A DNA stretch of 64,000 nt. Origin: a virus. Its lineage: Duplodnaviria; Caudoviricetes. Shown one piece after another: positions 1-8,949 of the stretch. Every line of letters starts with the position of its first letter. Within the stretch, counting starts at the first letter, position 1. The notes beneath the pieces were generated by a model. It did not search any database. It was not told the origin of the DNA and was given only the letters and a program-made list of their open reading frames with translations. Made by a program: the position numbers and the translations under genes. The DNA is taken from the IMG/VR virus record IMGVR_UViG_3300048598_000163, positions 1 to 64,000 of that record. One strand, given 5' to 3'.

Positions 1-308
1 CGACAACGAAGATACGGCGGCGTCGCTGGGCCACTCCGAAGTATTGAGCGTCAAGCACCCTGTAGGCAAACCCATACCCGAGTTCTCCCAACATATCGAG
101 GAAGGTTTTGAAGTCTGCCCCCCCCCGCTGGATAGAACGCCGGGCACGTTTTCCCAGACAATCCAGGAAGGCTTGTAATAGTCTGCAATAGCTCCATAAA
201 CGAGCATGAGATTTCCACGCGGGTCTTCAAGACCCCGGCGAAGTCCGGCAACGGAGAAAGACTGACAAGGTGTTCCTCCGACCAAAAGGTCAACTGTTCC
301 TGAATCAA
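1..308 (-). CDS. Alternative-frame (beta-type) polypeptide overlapped inside the C5-MTase gene, also broken at the G9 tract
   Basis: ORF 51..308 MIQEQLTFWSEE...GKTCPAFYPAGGG joins ...QTSKPSSICWENSGMGLPTGCLTLNTSEWPSDAAVSSLS if the G run were 10; resembles the alternative-frame beta subunit of M.EcoHK31I-type enzymes (recalled, not searched). Confidence 0.55.
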
Positions 309-486
309 TTCCCCACTCCTTGTATTTTGTCATGTCGCCGAAGTTTTTTACATCCGGAAACCTGTGATTTAATACTGAACACGGAAACGGCTCTATTTCG
401 GAGAATCCAACAGGCTTCCAACCAAGAGGTTTCCATGCAACACTTGCGGCCTCAATGCCTGAACAGACGGACAGATAACGCTTCAT
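1..486 (-). CDS. DNA (cytosine-5) methyltransferase, N-terminal part (runs off window; frameshifted at G9 tract 118-126); missed by ORF track
   Basis: Manual translation from ATG 486: MKRYLSVCSGIEAAS (motif I variant), EIEPF (II), GDM (III), LVGGTPCQSFS (IV, catalytic PC), WENVPGV (VI). Motif VIII LDAQYFGVAQRRRRIFVV lies in the adjacent frame starting at 118. Confidence 0.9.
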   Translation of the reverse strand, partial: MKRYLSVCSGIEAASVAWKPLGWKPVGFSEIEPFPCSVLNHRFPDVKNFGDMTKYKEWGIDSGTVDLLVGGTPCQSFSVAGLRRGLEDPRGNLMLVYGAIADYYKPSWIVWENVPGVLSSGGGQTSKPSSICWENSGMGLPTGCLTLNTSEWPSDAAVSSLS

Positions 487-653
487 TTTCCTTCTGCTCC
501 CCTTTCAAATTCGTTACAGTAATTTCCCCAGCGAGACCACGGGCTTGCCGTCTTGACCGGGCATTCAGATGTTTCCTGCTTCAAGCAGTATTCGCAACAC
601 ATTCCGGTTTCAATCGGATCCGGTGCTCTTCTCGGCTTATCTTCGTCTTTCAT
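483..653 (-). CDS. Small Cys-rich hypothetical protein (56 aa), missed by ORF track
   Basis: MKDEDKPRRAPDPIETGMCCEYCLKQETSECPVKTASPWSRWGNYCNEFERGAEGK; ATGA overlaps with both neighbours (653/650 and 486/483). Confidence 0.7.
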   Translation of the reverse strand: MKDEDKPRRAPDPIETGMCCEYCLKQETSECPVKTASPWSRWGNYCNEFERGAEGK

Positions 654-1030
654 CTTTTCGTTACCGCCTTCCCCGCGCGAAAATGTGCAGCAAGATCATT
701 GAGCAGCTTCCCGACCGTTCCCCGCTCGTCTTCCGTTACCGCCGGCGCCGGAAGCGCGGGGACCGGAGCTCGATAACCGATTGCCAATTTATCGCCACCG
801 ACATGAACTTTCATTTCCTCGTTGTACTCTTCGACGGCTTTCTCTATTACCGCGATGTCCGGCGCAAATCGATACTGGCCGGAATAAGTACGAACGACCC
901 TGTCAAATATCTTGTCAATTTCACCGGGTTCATACCGCCCGAGGTACTCGAGCACCATCGCGCGGCGCAGCGGCATTTCGTACTTGCCGTAATAGCCCTC
1001 GATGTTCTTCACAAACACATCGGCGTTCAT
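650..1030 (-). CDS. Hypothetical replication-module protein (position of helicase loader/inhibitor)
   Basis: 126 aa ORF coupled by ATGA to the initiator gene; position only. Confidence 0.6.
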   Translation of the reverse strand: MNADVFVKNIEGYYGKYEMPLRRAMVLEYLGRYEPGEIDKIFDRVVRTYSGQYRFAPDIAVIEKAVEEYNEEMKVHVGGDKLAIGYRAPVPALPAPAVTEDERGTVGKLLNDLAAHFRAGKAVTKR

Positions 1031-2013
1031 TGCTTCGACGCCCCCAGTGCAGCCATGGCCTCGCCAACGGTATCAGCGTCGAGTTCGGAAACCTTTCCGG
1101 ATTCCTTTTCCAGTTCAAGCTTCAGCCTGGGCCAGATACCTCCTGACGACATCTGCGACGGTATAAACGGCTGGCTCGACCAATAACGGTCGCTGGATGT
1201 AGTCAACCGCCTGAAGACGATGAGCATTTGCCGGACGTAATCGTTTCGTCCTTCAGGGGCGTCCTTTGTGGCGAAAGTGATTATTCGCTTTATCGCCGCC
1301 CCCTCGCGCTTATAGTCCGTGAATTGCCCGGAAACGCCCTCGAACGTCGTCTTGATATCGTTGTAGAGGCTCTTGTCCTCCTCCGACATCTCGCTTTTCT
1401 TTCCTTTTGCGGCCGAACCAACCTGTTTTTCGGGAACCGCCGGAACGGAAGGAGAATCGCCGTCCGAACCAAGCTGGAATTCGCCTTGTTCGCTGGTTTC
1501 ACGCGTGGGGCACGCGTGGTCATCGCGTGGCTCACGCGTGGCTGACGCGTCGCCCTCGCGTTCCTCTGTATCCCTTCTTTCTCCGGGCTCTACCGGTGCA
1601 AGAACCTTGCATCCTTCGTCTCCCGGTCCCGGGAAACGCGACGCGCATTCCTTGTTGTTGACGACCTGGTGATCGTTCCACGTCGGTATGCAGCCGTAAA
1701 CCTTGTTCCCTTGTTCGTACTTCACGATGAAGCCTGCGCGGTTCATTGCGTCCAGCACGTCGGAAAAATCAAGCTGATCGTAAGGAAGAACGTCGAGCTT
1801 CAGCTCGCGCGGCTTCCACCGGAAACGACCTTCGCGATCGCAGGCCGTAAAGAGCCCGGCGAAGGCGGTTCGGATTGGAAATCCTGTTGTTTTTTCGAGC
1901 TCGAAAAGCTCGGCGTGCCGGAATAATTCTGGCTTTACCGTTCTGATTCTGCCCATATCAGCACTTCCCGTCCGAGCGCTCGGATGATGCCATTCGCTTC
2001 TTTTTGTCATCAT
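1027..2013 (-). CDS. Phage replication initiator / replisome organiser (likely start MGRIRTVKPE near 1956)
   Basis: N-terminal MGRIRTVKPELF...DREGRFRW motif typical of phage initiators; internal iteron array in the coding sequence as in lambda O-type genes. Confidence 0.8.
   Translation of the reverse strand: MMTKRSEWHHPSARTGSADMGRIRTVKPELFRHAELFELEKTTGFPIRTAFAGLFTACDREGRFRWKPRELKLDVLPYDQLDFSDVLDAMNRAGFIVKYEQGNKVYGCIPTWNDHQVVNNKECASRFPGPGDEGCKVLAPVEPGERRDTEEREGDASATREPRDDHACPTRETSEQGEFQLGSDGDSPSVPAVPEKQVGSAAKGKKSEMSEEDKSLYNDIKTTFEGVSGQFTDYKREGAAIKRIITFATKDAPEGRNDYVRQMLIVFRRLTTSSDRYWSSQPFIPSQMSSGGIWPRLKLELEKESGKVSELDADTVGEAMAALGASKQ
1501..1562. repeat. Iteron array A: six (A/T)CGCGT(G) units at 11-bp period inside initiator gene (putative ori)
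   Basis: Units start at 1501, 1512, 1523, 1534, 1545, 1556. Confidence 0.85.
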
Positions 2014-2647
2014 GAGACTTGGCTATATTATCTGAAAACGATATCCACCTACAATTTCCCGGACAATAATTTCCATCATTATCAATGCGGTCGATTGTCA
2101 GCGAATCGGAATACCCATTATTCAACGCCCATTCTTTGAATGAAATAAATCCATCCCATTCATCGCAGACCGTTATCCCTCTCCCGCCATAATAACGATA
2201 TTGCGTGGCGTTCCTATTTTGACACCGTGTTTTCATATTACGCCAGATTCGGTAAAGCCGAGTACCTTCATACCCATGTTTAAAATGAGACTCGCTTCGA
2301 ATTTCACTTTGCAAACATCCGCAGCTTTTTGAACTTCCATTTTTAAGCGATGTTCCGATTATGTTTTTCATAGTCCCGCAATCGCATTTACAGTTATAGA
2401 TTGACCGACCTGGCTGTGCAACAAGCGAAACGACTGTCCATCTCCCGAATTTCATTCCGGGTATTATTTCATCGCACTTGCCACAGGAAGTCGTGTGCCC
2501 ACTTCGTAAATTAGAGTCAGACTTTTCTACTTCCTTTCCGCAGTCGCATTGACACGCATGATACCAATGCCGCGCACCACCTTGCCTAACACATAGCCGA
2601 ATAACTACAAGTTGTCCAAATCGGTCGCCAATGCTTGTTTTGCCCAT
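1958..2647 (-). CDS. HNH-type homing endonuclease-like protein with repeated CxCDCG units
   Basis: HGYEGTRLYRIWRNMKTRC...YGGRGITVCDEW...LTIDRIDNDGNYCPGNCRW. Confidence 0.8.
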   Translation of the reverse strand: MGKTSIGDRFGQLVVIRLCVRQGGARHWYHACQCDCGKEVEKSDSNLRSGHTTSCGKCDEIIPGMKFGRWTVVSLVAQPGRSIYNCKCDCGTMKNIIGTSLKNGSSKSCGCLQSEIRSESHFKHGYEGTRLYRIWRNMKTRCQNRNATQYRYYGGRGITVCDEWDGFISFKEWALNNGYSDSLTIDRIDNDGNYCPGNCRWISFSDNIAKSHDDKKKRMASSERSDGKC

Positions 2648-3459
2648 TGCCCCACTCCTGCTTCCAGCGGAAGCTTTTTTGCTAATTCTCTTGCTCTTTC
2701 AACTCGACCTCGTAAATGAGGGTACTTTGCCAAGAAAGCGTCCCAGCCAACGGTATGCTGTAGGCTGTGTTCGCTGGGCGTAAGAGCTATCCAATTCCAT
2801 GATTTCTCAATATCAGCTACATCCGCGCCTCTTGATACTATGTGGGCTCGCGCTATGTCTCCACCCTCGCCGCTGGCTTCCGAAAAGGGATGCTTCTCTC
2901 TCCATTCAGCTTCCGATACAAGGGTTGTCATTTCTTCGTCGCCATAATCAAGAGGATCTTCTTTCAACGTCCCTCTCCACGAAATCCACGCCCAAAGGAC
3001 TTGAGAGACCGTTGCCTGCAGATCCCTTTCAAGGTCACAGACCGTGCAAAGGTGATACATCAGCCCATCGATGAAATGGGCCGCGGACACCGTGTTGGAT
3101 TCCGACAGGTGAACCGCCCGGGTCTTAGTCGGCGATAGCGACGACGGCACCCGGTCGGCATATTCTTCCAGTAAATCAAGGTAGAGATCGTACTTTTCTT
3201 CTTCAGTTGGCTTTCGACCGTTCTGGGATTCGAATATAGCCTCTACCAGTACGAAAATTGATCCGAGTTGCTTAAAAGTCTTCTCGCGCTCCTGTAATTC
3301 AAGAACCGCATTGAGAAAGAGTTCTTTCCCGAGACGTGCTTCTTTGTCATCCTTCTTTTTGAAGAGATCAGCGATAAGGTTCGCTCCCTTCCTGTCGTCG
3401 GATAAAAGTACCGCGCATCCTTTATGCAGTTTTGCTCGTACAGGTAACGCTATTTTCAT
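2605..3459 (-). CDS. Putative HNHc-type nuclease (DUF968-like C-terminus), recombination module
   Basis: C-terminal ARAHIVSRGA...NWIALTPSEHSLQHTVGWDAF. Confidence 0.55.
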   Translation of the reverse strand: MKIALPVRAKLHKGCAVLLSDDRKGANLIADLFKKKDDKEARLGKELFLNAVLELQEREKTFKQLGSIFVLVEAIFESQNGRKPTEEEKYDLYLDLLEEYADRVPSSLSPTKTRAVHLSESNTVSAAHFIDGLMYHLCTVCDLERDLQATVSQVLWAWISWRGTLKEDPLDYGDEEMTTLVSEAEWREKHPFSEASGEGGDIARAHIVSRGADVADIEKSWNWIALTPSEHSLQHTVGWDAFLAKYPHLRGRVERARELAKKLPLEAGVGQWAKQALATDLDNL

Positions 3460-3463
3460 ACCA

Positions 3464-4501
3464 TCACGCCTCGAAGTCCGGGGGAACAGTCCCTGTCATT
3501 CCGAGTTCTTCCGCTTCGTTGATAAGTTCCTGCTGAATCTGTGCATCCGTCTTTTCGGCTTGCACCGGAGCAGTTTTCACAAGAATCGGCTCGGTCGTCT
3601 TTCCTGCTGCAGCTTTGGCAATCTTGTTTACGTTGCCTTCGCCTGTCGGCTCTTCGATTGCTGCAGTAGTTGAGCCTTCGAAGTCGTCTGCAGGAAGTTC
3701 CGGCGAACCATCGGCAGGGGCTACCCCAAAATCGTCCGTCGGTGTCACGTTGATGAGTCCCGCCTCGATTCTTTCTTCACGGCTTACCGCTTCAAGAGCT
3801 TCAACGCTGATCGGGCAGAGCTTGAGCGTTCGTATGGCAACGGTCTTCAGGGCCATGGCGTCAAAGTTCTTTACCCAGATATTGTCCTTGTCAGTGGCGT
3901 CATAACCCTTTGAGAACGTATTGCGATGCTTCTCGATGTCCTTCTTTGACATGACGCCGAACTGCGCGCCTCCGTTGTCGAGTTCGACGAGGCAGTAAAA
4001 TGCGATAGGGTCTCCGCGCTCCTCGCGAATGTTGATCTTGTGGGTGAGCTTCCGGCCCATTCCAAGCTCAACCTCGAAGATGTCGTGCTCATAAACGACT
4101 TCGCACGAAATCGTCTTGATCGTGTTCGACCGCCTTGCGAGGACGATAAGGCCTTTGTAGCCGAGCTGAAAATGACACGTCATTTCCTTCGACCACTTCC
4201 CGTCGCGGTTCACGCTTTCGTTGTACGGTATCAGCCAGGCTTGCCCGAGTAGCGGACCGACCTCCATTCCGTACCGGGCTGCCATGAGCAACGAGGAGGA
4301 AATAGAGGGTTTTGAACACGACATCAATTTCGCATTGTTCATGATTTCCATTGCCGCCGCGGCAATGAATCGGTCAATGTTGATGGTATTCGCCGGAAGA
4401 GCCTGGACGAATGATCCTTTATTCTCGTTCAGCCAATCCTTCAAGGTGCGCGGTTTTTTCGCGACTTCTTTCGTAGATGCGTCTGATCCATCAGTTTTCA
4501 T
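3464..4501 (-). CDS. recT: RecT-family ssDNA annealing protein
   Basis: SLLMAARYGMEV...QAWLIPY...FQLGYKGLIVLARRS...MALKTVAIRTLKLCPIS. Confidence 0.92.
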   Translation of the reverse strand: MKTDGSDASTKEVAKKPRTLKDWLNENKGSFVQALPANTINIDRFIAAAAMEIMNNAKLMSCSKPSISSSLLMAARYGMEVGPLLGQAWLIPYNESVNRDGKWSKEMTCHFQLGYKGLIVLARRSNTIKTISCEVVYEHDIFEVELGMGRKLTHKINIREERGDPIAFYCLVELDNGGAQFGVMSKKDIEKHRNTFSKGYDATDKDNIWVKNFDAMALKTVAIRTLKLCPISVEALEAVSREERIEAGLINVTPTDDFGVAPADGSPELPADDFEGSTTAAIEEPTGEGNVNKIAKAAAGKTTEPILVKTAPVQAEKTDAQIQQELINEAEELGMTGTVPPDFEA

Positions 4502-5058
4502 GCTTTTACTCCCAATACATGAAGTTTCATGGCAAGCTCGCGCGTTGCCAAAATATCAGCGTCGGCGGCATGGGCGTTGTCCAGGGGCACGCCGAGCGCC
4601 TTGCACATGGTTCCCAGCTTTTTGTCCGTCGTGCGGGGAAGCTTACCCTCTTTCGATCCGCGCTTCACCAGCTCGAGAACGTCGATGAACTGGCCGGTAA
4701 AATAGTTCTCGACCTGATCGCCATTCCGGGCCATGAGCTCGATGATGAAGCCATAGTCGAACGGGCAGTTGTAGCCCGCAAAGACCATCTTTGCGGCACC
4801 ATTCTCGGAATTCCGGGCGAGGACTTCTTGGATCCTCGGGAAGATTTCGGTCTCGGGCGGATACGCCCGGATTTCCTCCTCGGTCTTCCCGTGCGCGACC
4901 TTGCTTCCTTCATCGTACTCGCAACTTTCCGGATTGAGGTGAAACACCCGGCGATCGCGGACAACCTTGTCTCGAACGATGATGATGGCAAACTCATGCA
5001 CGCCGTGAACCTTCGGATTCAGGCCCGTGGTCTCCGTATCTACCCATGCTACATTCAT
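4498..5058 (-). CDS. DEDDh 3'-5' exonuclease (DnaQ-like)
   Basis: VDTETTG (ExoI), GYNCPFDYGF (ExoII), HAADAD (ExoIII). Confidence 0.9.
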   Translation of the reverse strand: MNVAWVDTETTGLNPKVHGVHEFAIIIVRDKVVRDRRVFHLNPESCEYDEGSKVAHGKTEEEIRAYPPETEIFPRIQEVLARNSENGAAKMVFAGYNCPFDYGFIIELMARNGDQVENYFTGQFIDVLELVKRGSKEGKLPRTTDKKLGTMCKALGVPLDNAHAADADILATRELAMKLHVLGVKA

Positions 5059-6317
5059 TTGGTGACCACCTCGCCTTCCTTGACGTAGATGATTCCATCT
5101 TCCAGGTCATCGGGTATCTTTCCGACCTTCAGAAGAATCACGAGGTACCCGGCTTTCTCGGCCCAGTCGGACATGGTTTTCTGTGTCTCTTCGTCAAGGC
5201 TCTCCGCGTTATCCACGACGAGAATCTTGAGCTCCGAGGCGAATACGGAACCGATCGAGAAAAACACGCGGACGGTCTCGGCGGTCGACCAGTTGGAAAC
5301 CTTGTTTGACTCGGTTATCCCGCGCAGCGCGCCGCAGTGGACAAGCTGATTGTCTTCGGTGATCTCGAGCCCCTTCACGCCAAGCTTCATGCCGGCCAGA
5401 ACCTTTTTTCGTTCGTCCCGTAAGGTTTCGATCTCGGCAGTAAGATTCTGGTACTGCGTTTCGTACCCCTGCTTTTCCTTCAGCTTCTTCTCGTAGGCGT
5501 CGTAGGCGTCGGCCTTGCGCTCCGTTTCGTAGAAGTCTGAGATAGCCTTTTCGACCGCTTTGACATCCTCGGCGGTATAGGATGGGCGTTTTTCCAGCAG
5601 GGCGCAGGTATCGATGATCTTCTGGTTGACGTTGAACACGAAGGTTTCCATGTCGGCCACGTTCTTGAACTCGCAGGCCTTCCGGATTTCGTCGGAAATA
5701 TTCCGGAACGTCTCCGCGAAAGCGGCCAAGGCGGCATCGATCGCGGCCTTCTTTTCCTTGAGAGCGTCGATAGAGGGCGCGTGCTCGACCTTTTCGACGG
5801 GAACCAGCTCGCCGATCCGTTTGACATCGCGGCCGACTTCGGTACGCGTCTGCTCTTTCTGCTTGATTCGCGCTTCGATTTCGGTGATTTTCGCGGTAAT
5901 GCCATACCGATCCTTGAGGATATTGATGACCTTCTCGTCGGTCATGTCCTTCATTTCCCACGGGGTCTCAAGACCGGACCGAATGGAGTTGAGGAATTCC
6001 CGCACGCCGCCGGTCACCTTGGTGTAGCGATCGCCGTCGGCACGGTAAACATCCTGCTTCACCGTCTCGCCGATCATGGTCCTTATTTTCAGGCCATCGT
6101 CGGTATAGGCAATGATTTCAGCCGTTTCTTCGCCCTCGGTTATCATTCCCGGGGTGAACGCTTTCGGTCCATTAAGGGTCAGCGAAATTGATTGCGCGAT
6201 CGTCGTCTTGCCGGATCCGTTTTTACCCTGGATAACCTGTGCGCCGGGACCGTAAAATTCAATATCCGCCTGCTTTACCTTTCGGACATTGCGTATTTCA
6301 AGCCGTTTCAACAGCAT
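5055..6317 (-). CDS. SMC/SbcC-like coiled-coil ATPase
   Basis: Walker A GKNGSGKTT, long coiled coil, C-terminal Walker B LVVDNAE. Confidence 0.85.
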   Translation of the reverse strand: MLLKRLEIRNVRKVKQADIEFYGPGAQVIQGKNGSGKTTIAQSISLTLNGPKAFTPGMITEGEETAEIIAYTDDGLKIRTMIGETVKQDVYRADGDRYTKVTGGVREFLNSIRSGLETPWEMKDMTDEKVINILKDRYGITAKITEIEARIKQKEQTRTEVGRDVKRIGELVPVEKVEHAPSIDALKEKKAAIDAALAAFAETFRNISDEIRKACEFKNVADMETFVFNVNQKIIDTCALLEKRPSYTAEDVKAVEKAISDFYETERKADAYDAYEKKLKEKQGYETQYQNLTAEIETLRDERKKVLAGMKLGVKGLEITEDNQLVHCGALRGITESNKVSNWSTAETVRVFFSIGSVFASELKILVVDNAESLDEETQKTMSDWAEKAGYLVILLKVGKIPDDLEDGIIYVKEGEVVTK

Positions 6318-6484
6318 ACTTCTACCATCCTTTCAGCATCTTCCGCTGTCATTGAATCAAGCTTTTCTCGGAGCTTTTCGGCCTTGGTAAACCAGACCTC
6401 CCTAAACTCGCCCTTTGCCCTGCAACCGGCCAAAACAAGCGATCCGTGCGCTCCTTTGGTCACCTCGTATAATGTTTTCTTCAT
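6308..6484 (-). CDS. Small hypothetical protein (58 aa, MKKTLYEV...)
   Basis: ATG at 6484 overlaps the YqaJ stop (ATGA); 3' part of track ORF 6308..6607. Confidence 0.6.
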   Translation of the reverse strand: MKKTLYEVTKGAHGSLVLAGCRAKGEFREVWFTKAEKLREKLDSMTAEDAERMVEVCC

Positions 6485-7488
6485 TTTGCTGCCTTCGGGG
6501 GAGAAACCACGAACCGTCCGGACTCGCCCTCTTTCGAGTATTTGTCGTATAGCCCGTCCTTCTTGAGGAGGTCTCCGTCCACGCGGCGCTGTGCGAAGCG
6601 GGACCACGAAATGGTGTAGGAACCGGCAACGGCCGTCAGCTTCCCGATGCTATGGGCGCCGGCGACCTTGCTCGTAATCGCGAGCTTGAGGGCGATGTCC
6701 GCCTTTTCCTTCTCTTCCTTCGCGGCCTTTTCTCGTGCGCTTGCATCGCTTCGGATCTTGCACAGTTCGAGTTCAGCATCCGTAAGGACGATTACTCCGT
6801 CTGACGGGGAATACATACCTGTTACGAGCTCCTCCTCGTTTTCGATACCGATCGGCGCAGGCGTGACGTTCTTGAGAACGTAGTTCTCCCAGAAGTCGCC
6901 TTCCGCGGCGATGAGGCGCGCGATAAACTCGTCATTCCGGGGAATGTAATAGTGATGAACGTCGTCGCTCATGATCTCGTACACCGAAAGAATGAACCAC
7001 GGCAGCCCCGTGACGGCCATGTAATGCTGCACCTGGCAGTAGTAGTCGTCCGGTACTTCGTCGGCTGCGAACCCATCACCGGTTTTCGATGTCTTGATTT
7101 CATGTCCGCCGAATCCCTGCACGGTCACGCCGTTGATCACAACCGGCGAAGTTGCGATAAAAAAACCGTCGATGTTTGCCGACATGAAAGTATGCACCTT
7201 GGAAACAAACATGTACTTGCTCTGCTCGATCGTTACGCCAAGCTCGCGAACCGTGAAGTCCCGGACTACCGGCTCAAGAAGCTTTCCGCGACGAGCTGCG
7301 TTTTTCTCGACATAAGGTACAACTCCTTTCTTGTCAAAAAAGACGGTCATCGGGGAGCCGTATTTACTCGATCCGAATATCTTCCCTGCGTCGGAGCCAC
7401 CAACATAGGACCGGCGGGTGTTCCGCCAATCTTCGTCGGACATGTTCGAAATATCGATAAGGTCAACGTCATTGATCTGGTCTATCAT
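6481..7488 (-). CDS. YqaJ-like viral recombinase/exonuclease (RecE partner of RecT)
   Basis: W...RRSYVGGSDAG, ANIDG, HEIKT, YYCQVQHYMAVTG. Confidence 0.92.
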   Translation of the reverse strand: MIDQINDVDLIDISNMSDEDWRNTRRSYVGGSDAGKIFGSSKYGSPMTVFFDKKGVVPYVEKNAARRGKLLEPVVRDFTVRELGVTIEQSKYMFVSKVHTFMSANIDGFFIATSPVVINGVTVQGFGGHEIKTSKTGDGFAADEVPDDYYCQVQHYMAVTGLPWFILSVYEIMSDDVHHYYIPRNDEFIARLIAAEGDFWENYVLKNVTPAPIGIENEEELVTGMYSPSDGVIVLTDAELELCKIRSDASAREKAAKEEKEKADIALKLAITSKVAGAHSIGKLTAVAGSYTISWSRFAQRRVDGDLLKKDGLYDKYSKEGESGRFVVSPPKAAK

Positions 7489-7551
7489 GCTATCCTCTTG
7501 TTTTTACGCAATTCGGCTGTTATTATTTGAATTGCAGATTTTCGTTTCCTT

Positions 7552-7593
7552 GAGGGCCCGGTACACACCACATGACCGGGCTCTCTCTTTTTT
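7552..7593 (+). terminator. Intrinsic terminator-like hairpin oriented for + strand (antisense to local genes)
   Basis: GAGGGCCCGGT (7552-7562) / ACCGGGCTCTC (7575-7585) followed by TCTTTTTT. Confidence 0.55.
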
Positions 7594-8333
7594 CAGGCAA
7601 GAACCAGAAGGTCGGGCAACCTCGCAAGGAGGAATTCCTCGATTCTGTTCGCGGCCTCGTTCCTCCAACGCCCGCCATCCGCTTCGAAAAGCGCGATCGT
7701 GGGAACATCATCCGAATTCAGGCGTATGCGGAACAGGAATTCGCTCTCAACCTGATCGATGTCCCGGAAGGTGCGATACGGCGCCAGCTTGACGATCGGT
7801 TTCGGCGATTTGACATCCTTGAACGTTCCGGACGCGCCACGGGCAACCGCAACCGCCTGCGTGATGCCGTCATCGTTCAGTTCGATCGAAGTTCCGCCGG
7901 AGACCTTCTTGACCATCTGAAGAATCTCTTCGAAGTCGTCGCCGCTCTGGGGCTGGAAGCCAGAACGGAACTTGATGATAAATTCCTCCTGGCTCATGAA
8001 CTTCTCGAAGGGGAAGGCTTCGAGTTCGGGATCGAGAATGACCTCAACCGGGGTTTCCCTCTTTCTGTTATCCCCGATAAGATGAGAGACGAGGCGAACC
8101 TTTTCGACACCGAAAACCTGCACGAAGTATTTCTTGATTTCCAGCTCGTCGATATTCTTCGAGATGTAGTCCGCCAAGCTCTTCAGCGTGTACCCCGTGA
8201 AGGTATCGGCCATGGGATTGAAAATCACCGGCTTCAGATCCTTCGTAGACCAGTCCCGTCCGCCAGACTGGATGAGGTTCGCTTTCTCTACCAGCGATTC
8301 GATTTTATCGATCGCTTCCTTGCTCATATCCAT
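7593..8333 (-). CDS. Conserved uncharacterised phage protein
   Basis: 246 aa with KLAPYRTFRDIDQVESEFLFR and ALFEADGGRW motifs seen in phage early modules. Confidence 0.7.
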   Translation of the reverse strand: MDMSKEAIDKIESLVEKANLIQSGGRDWSTKDLKPVIFNPMADTFTGYTLKSLADYISKNIDELEIKKYFVQVFGVEKVRLVSHLIGDNRKRETPVEVILDPELEAFPFEKFMSQEEFIIKFRSGFQPQSGDDFEEILQMVKKVSGGTSIELNDDGITQAVAVARGASGTFKDVKSPKPIVKLAPYRTFRDIDQVESEFLFRIRLNSDDVPTIALFEADGGRWRNEAANRIEEFLLARLPDLLVLA

Positions 8334-8345
8334 CGATTGCTCCTT

Positions 8346-8723
8346 TTACTTTGCAGCCGCTTGAGGCGCCGTTACGATGTGAAGACCTTCACGGCCGGCA
8401 GATTCTGCAAGCTCATTGATCCCGGGAAGTTCCGGGCCGGGCTGATCCTCGAAGGCGGAAATCTTTCCTGTTCCGCTTTCTTTCTCGAAGAACATGAACG
8501 ACTCGCAGGGCTTGATGTTCGCGAGCGATGCGGACACCGAAAGCTTGGTCTCGGCGACCTTCCGGGTCTTGTCCGGCTTTATCGCGAGTTCGATCTTGAT
8601 CTTGCGGACCTGATCGGGCTTCGTGTTGATATCGGCGATGTTGTCCAGAACCTTACGGAGCTGGTCATCGAAGAGCTCAACCACGGCACCGTTCTGCAGT
8701 TCTGCCAAAGATACCTGTTTCAT
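8346..8723 (-). CDS. Conserved uncharacterised phage protein (usual partner of 7593..8333)
   Basis: GAVVELFDDQLRKVLDNIADINT...RKIKIELAIKPD. Confidence 0.7.
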   Translation of the reverse strand: MKQVSLAELQNGAVVELFDDQLRKVLDNIADINTKPDQVRKIKIELAIKPDKTRKVAETKLSVSASLANIKPCESFMFFEKESGTGKISAFEDQPGPELPGINELAESAGREGLHIVTAPQAAAK

Positions 8724-8739
8724 CTTTTCTCCTTTTCGT

Positions 8740-8949
8740 TTATTTGCTGGTCACAGGACCAGTTGTCACCTGTTGCGAGCTGTTGTTTGCCAACAACTCG
8801 TCAAGTTGCGCGTTATCAATGAGCAGCCCGATCACCCATGATCTTGAGCCGCCCGTCTGCCGGGCTACCTCGTCAACTTTCGCCAGACGATCGTTCGTAA
8901 AGAAAATCGACCGGCTGACCCCGGTACCGTCGGCATCCTGTCTGATCAT
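8740..8949 (-). CDS. Small ribbon-helix-helix-like DNA-binding protein
   Basis: SRSIFF strand then LAKVDEVARQTGGSRSWVIGLLI helix pair. Confidence 0.55.
   Translation of the reverse strand: MIRQDADGTGVSRSIFFTNDRLAKVDEVARQTGGSRSWVIGLLIDNAQLDELLANNSSQQVTTGPVTSK

Noticed and set aside
1-486. Idea that the C5-MTase methylates the CGCG core of the iterons to control replication
   Set aside because: The target-recognition domain lies outside the window, so specificity cannot be inferred
6485-6607. 5' extension of track ORF 6308..6607
   Set aside because: Overlaps the YqaJ C-terminus; the ATG at 6484 coupled to the YqaJ stop is the more plausible start
7572-8822. Long + strand ORFs (also 33432..34328, 40366..41433, 55523..57091, 59969..61024, 61381..62319)
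   Set aside because: Antisense shadows of well-supported GC-rich minus-strand genes, with atypical composition and no motifs
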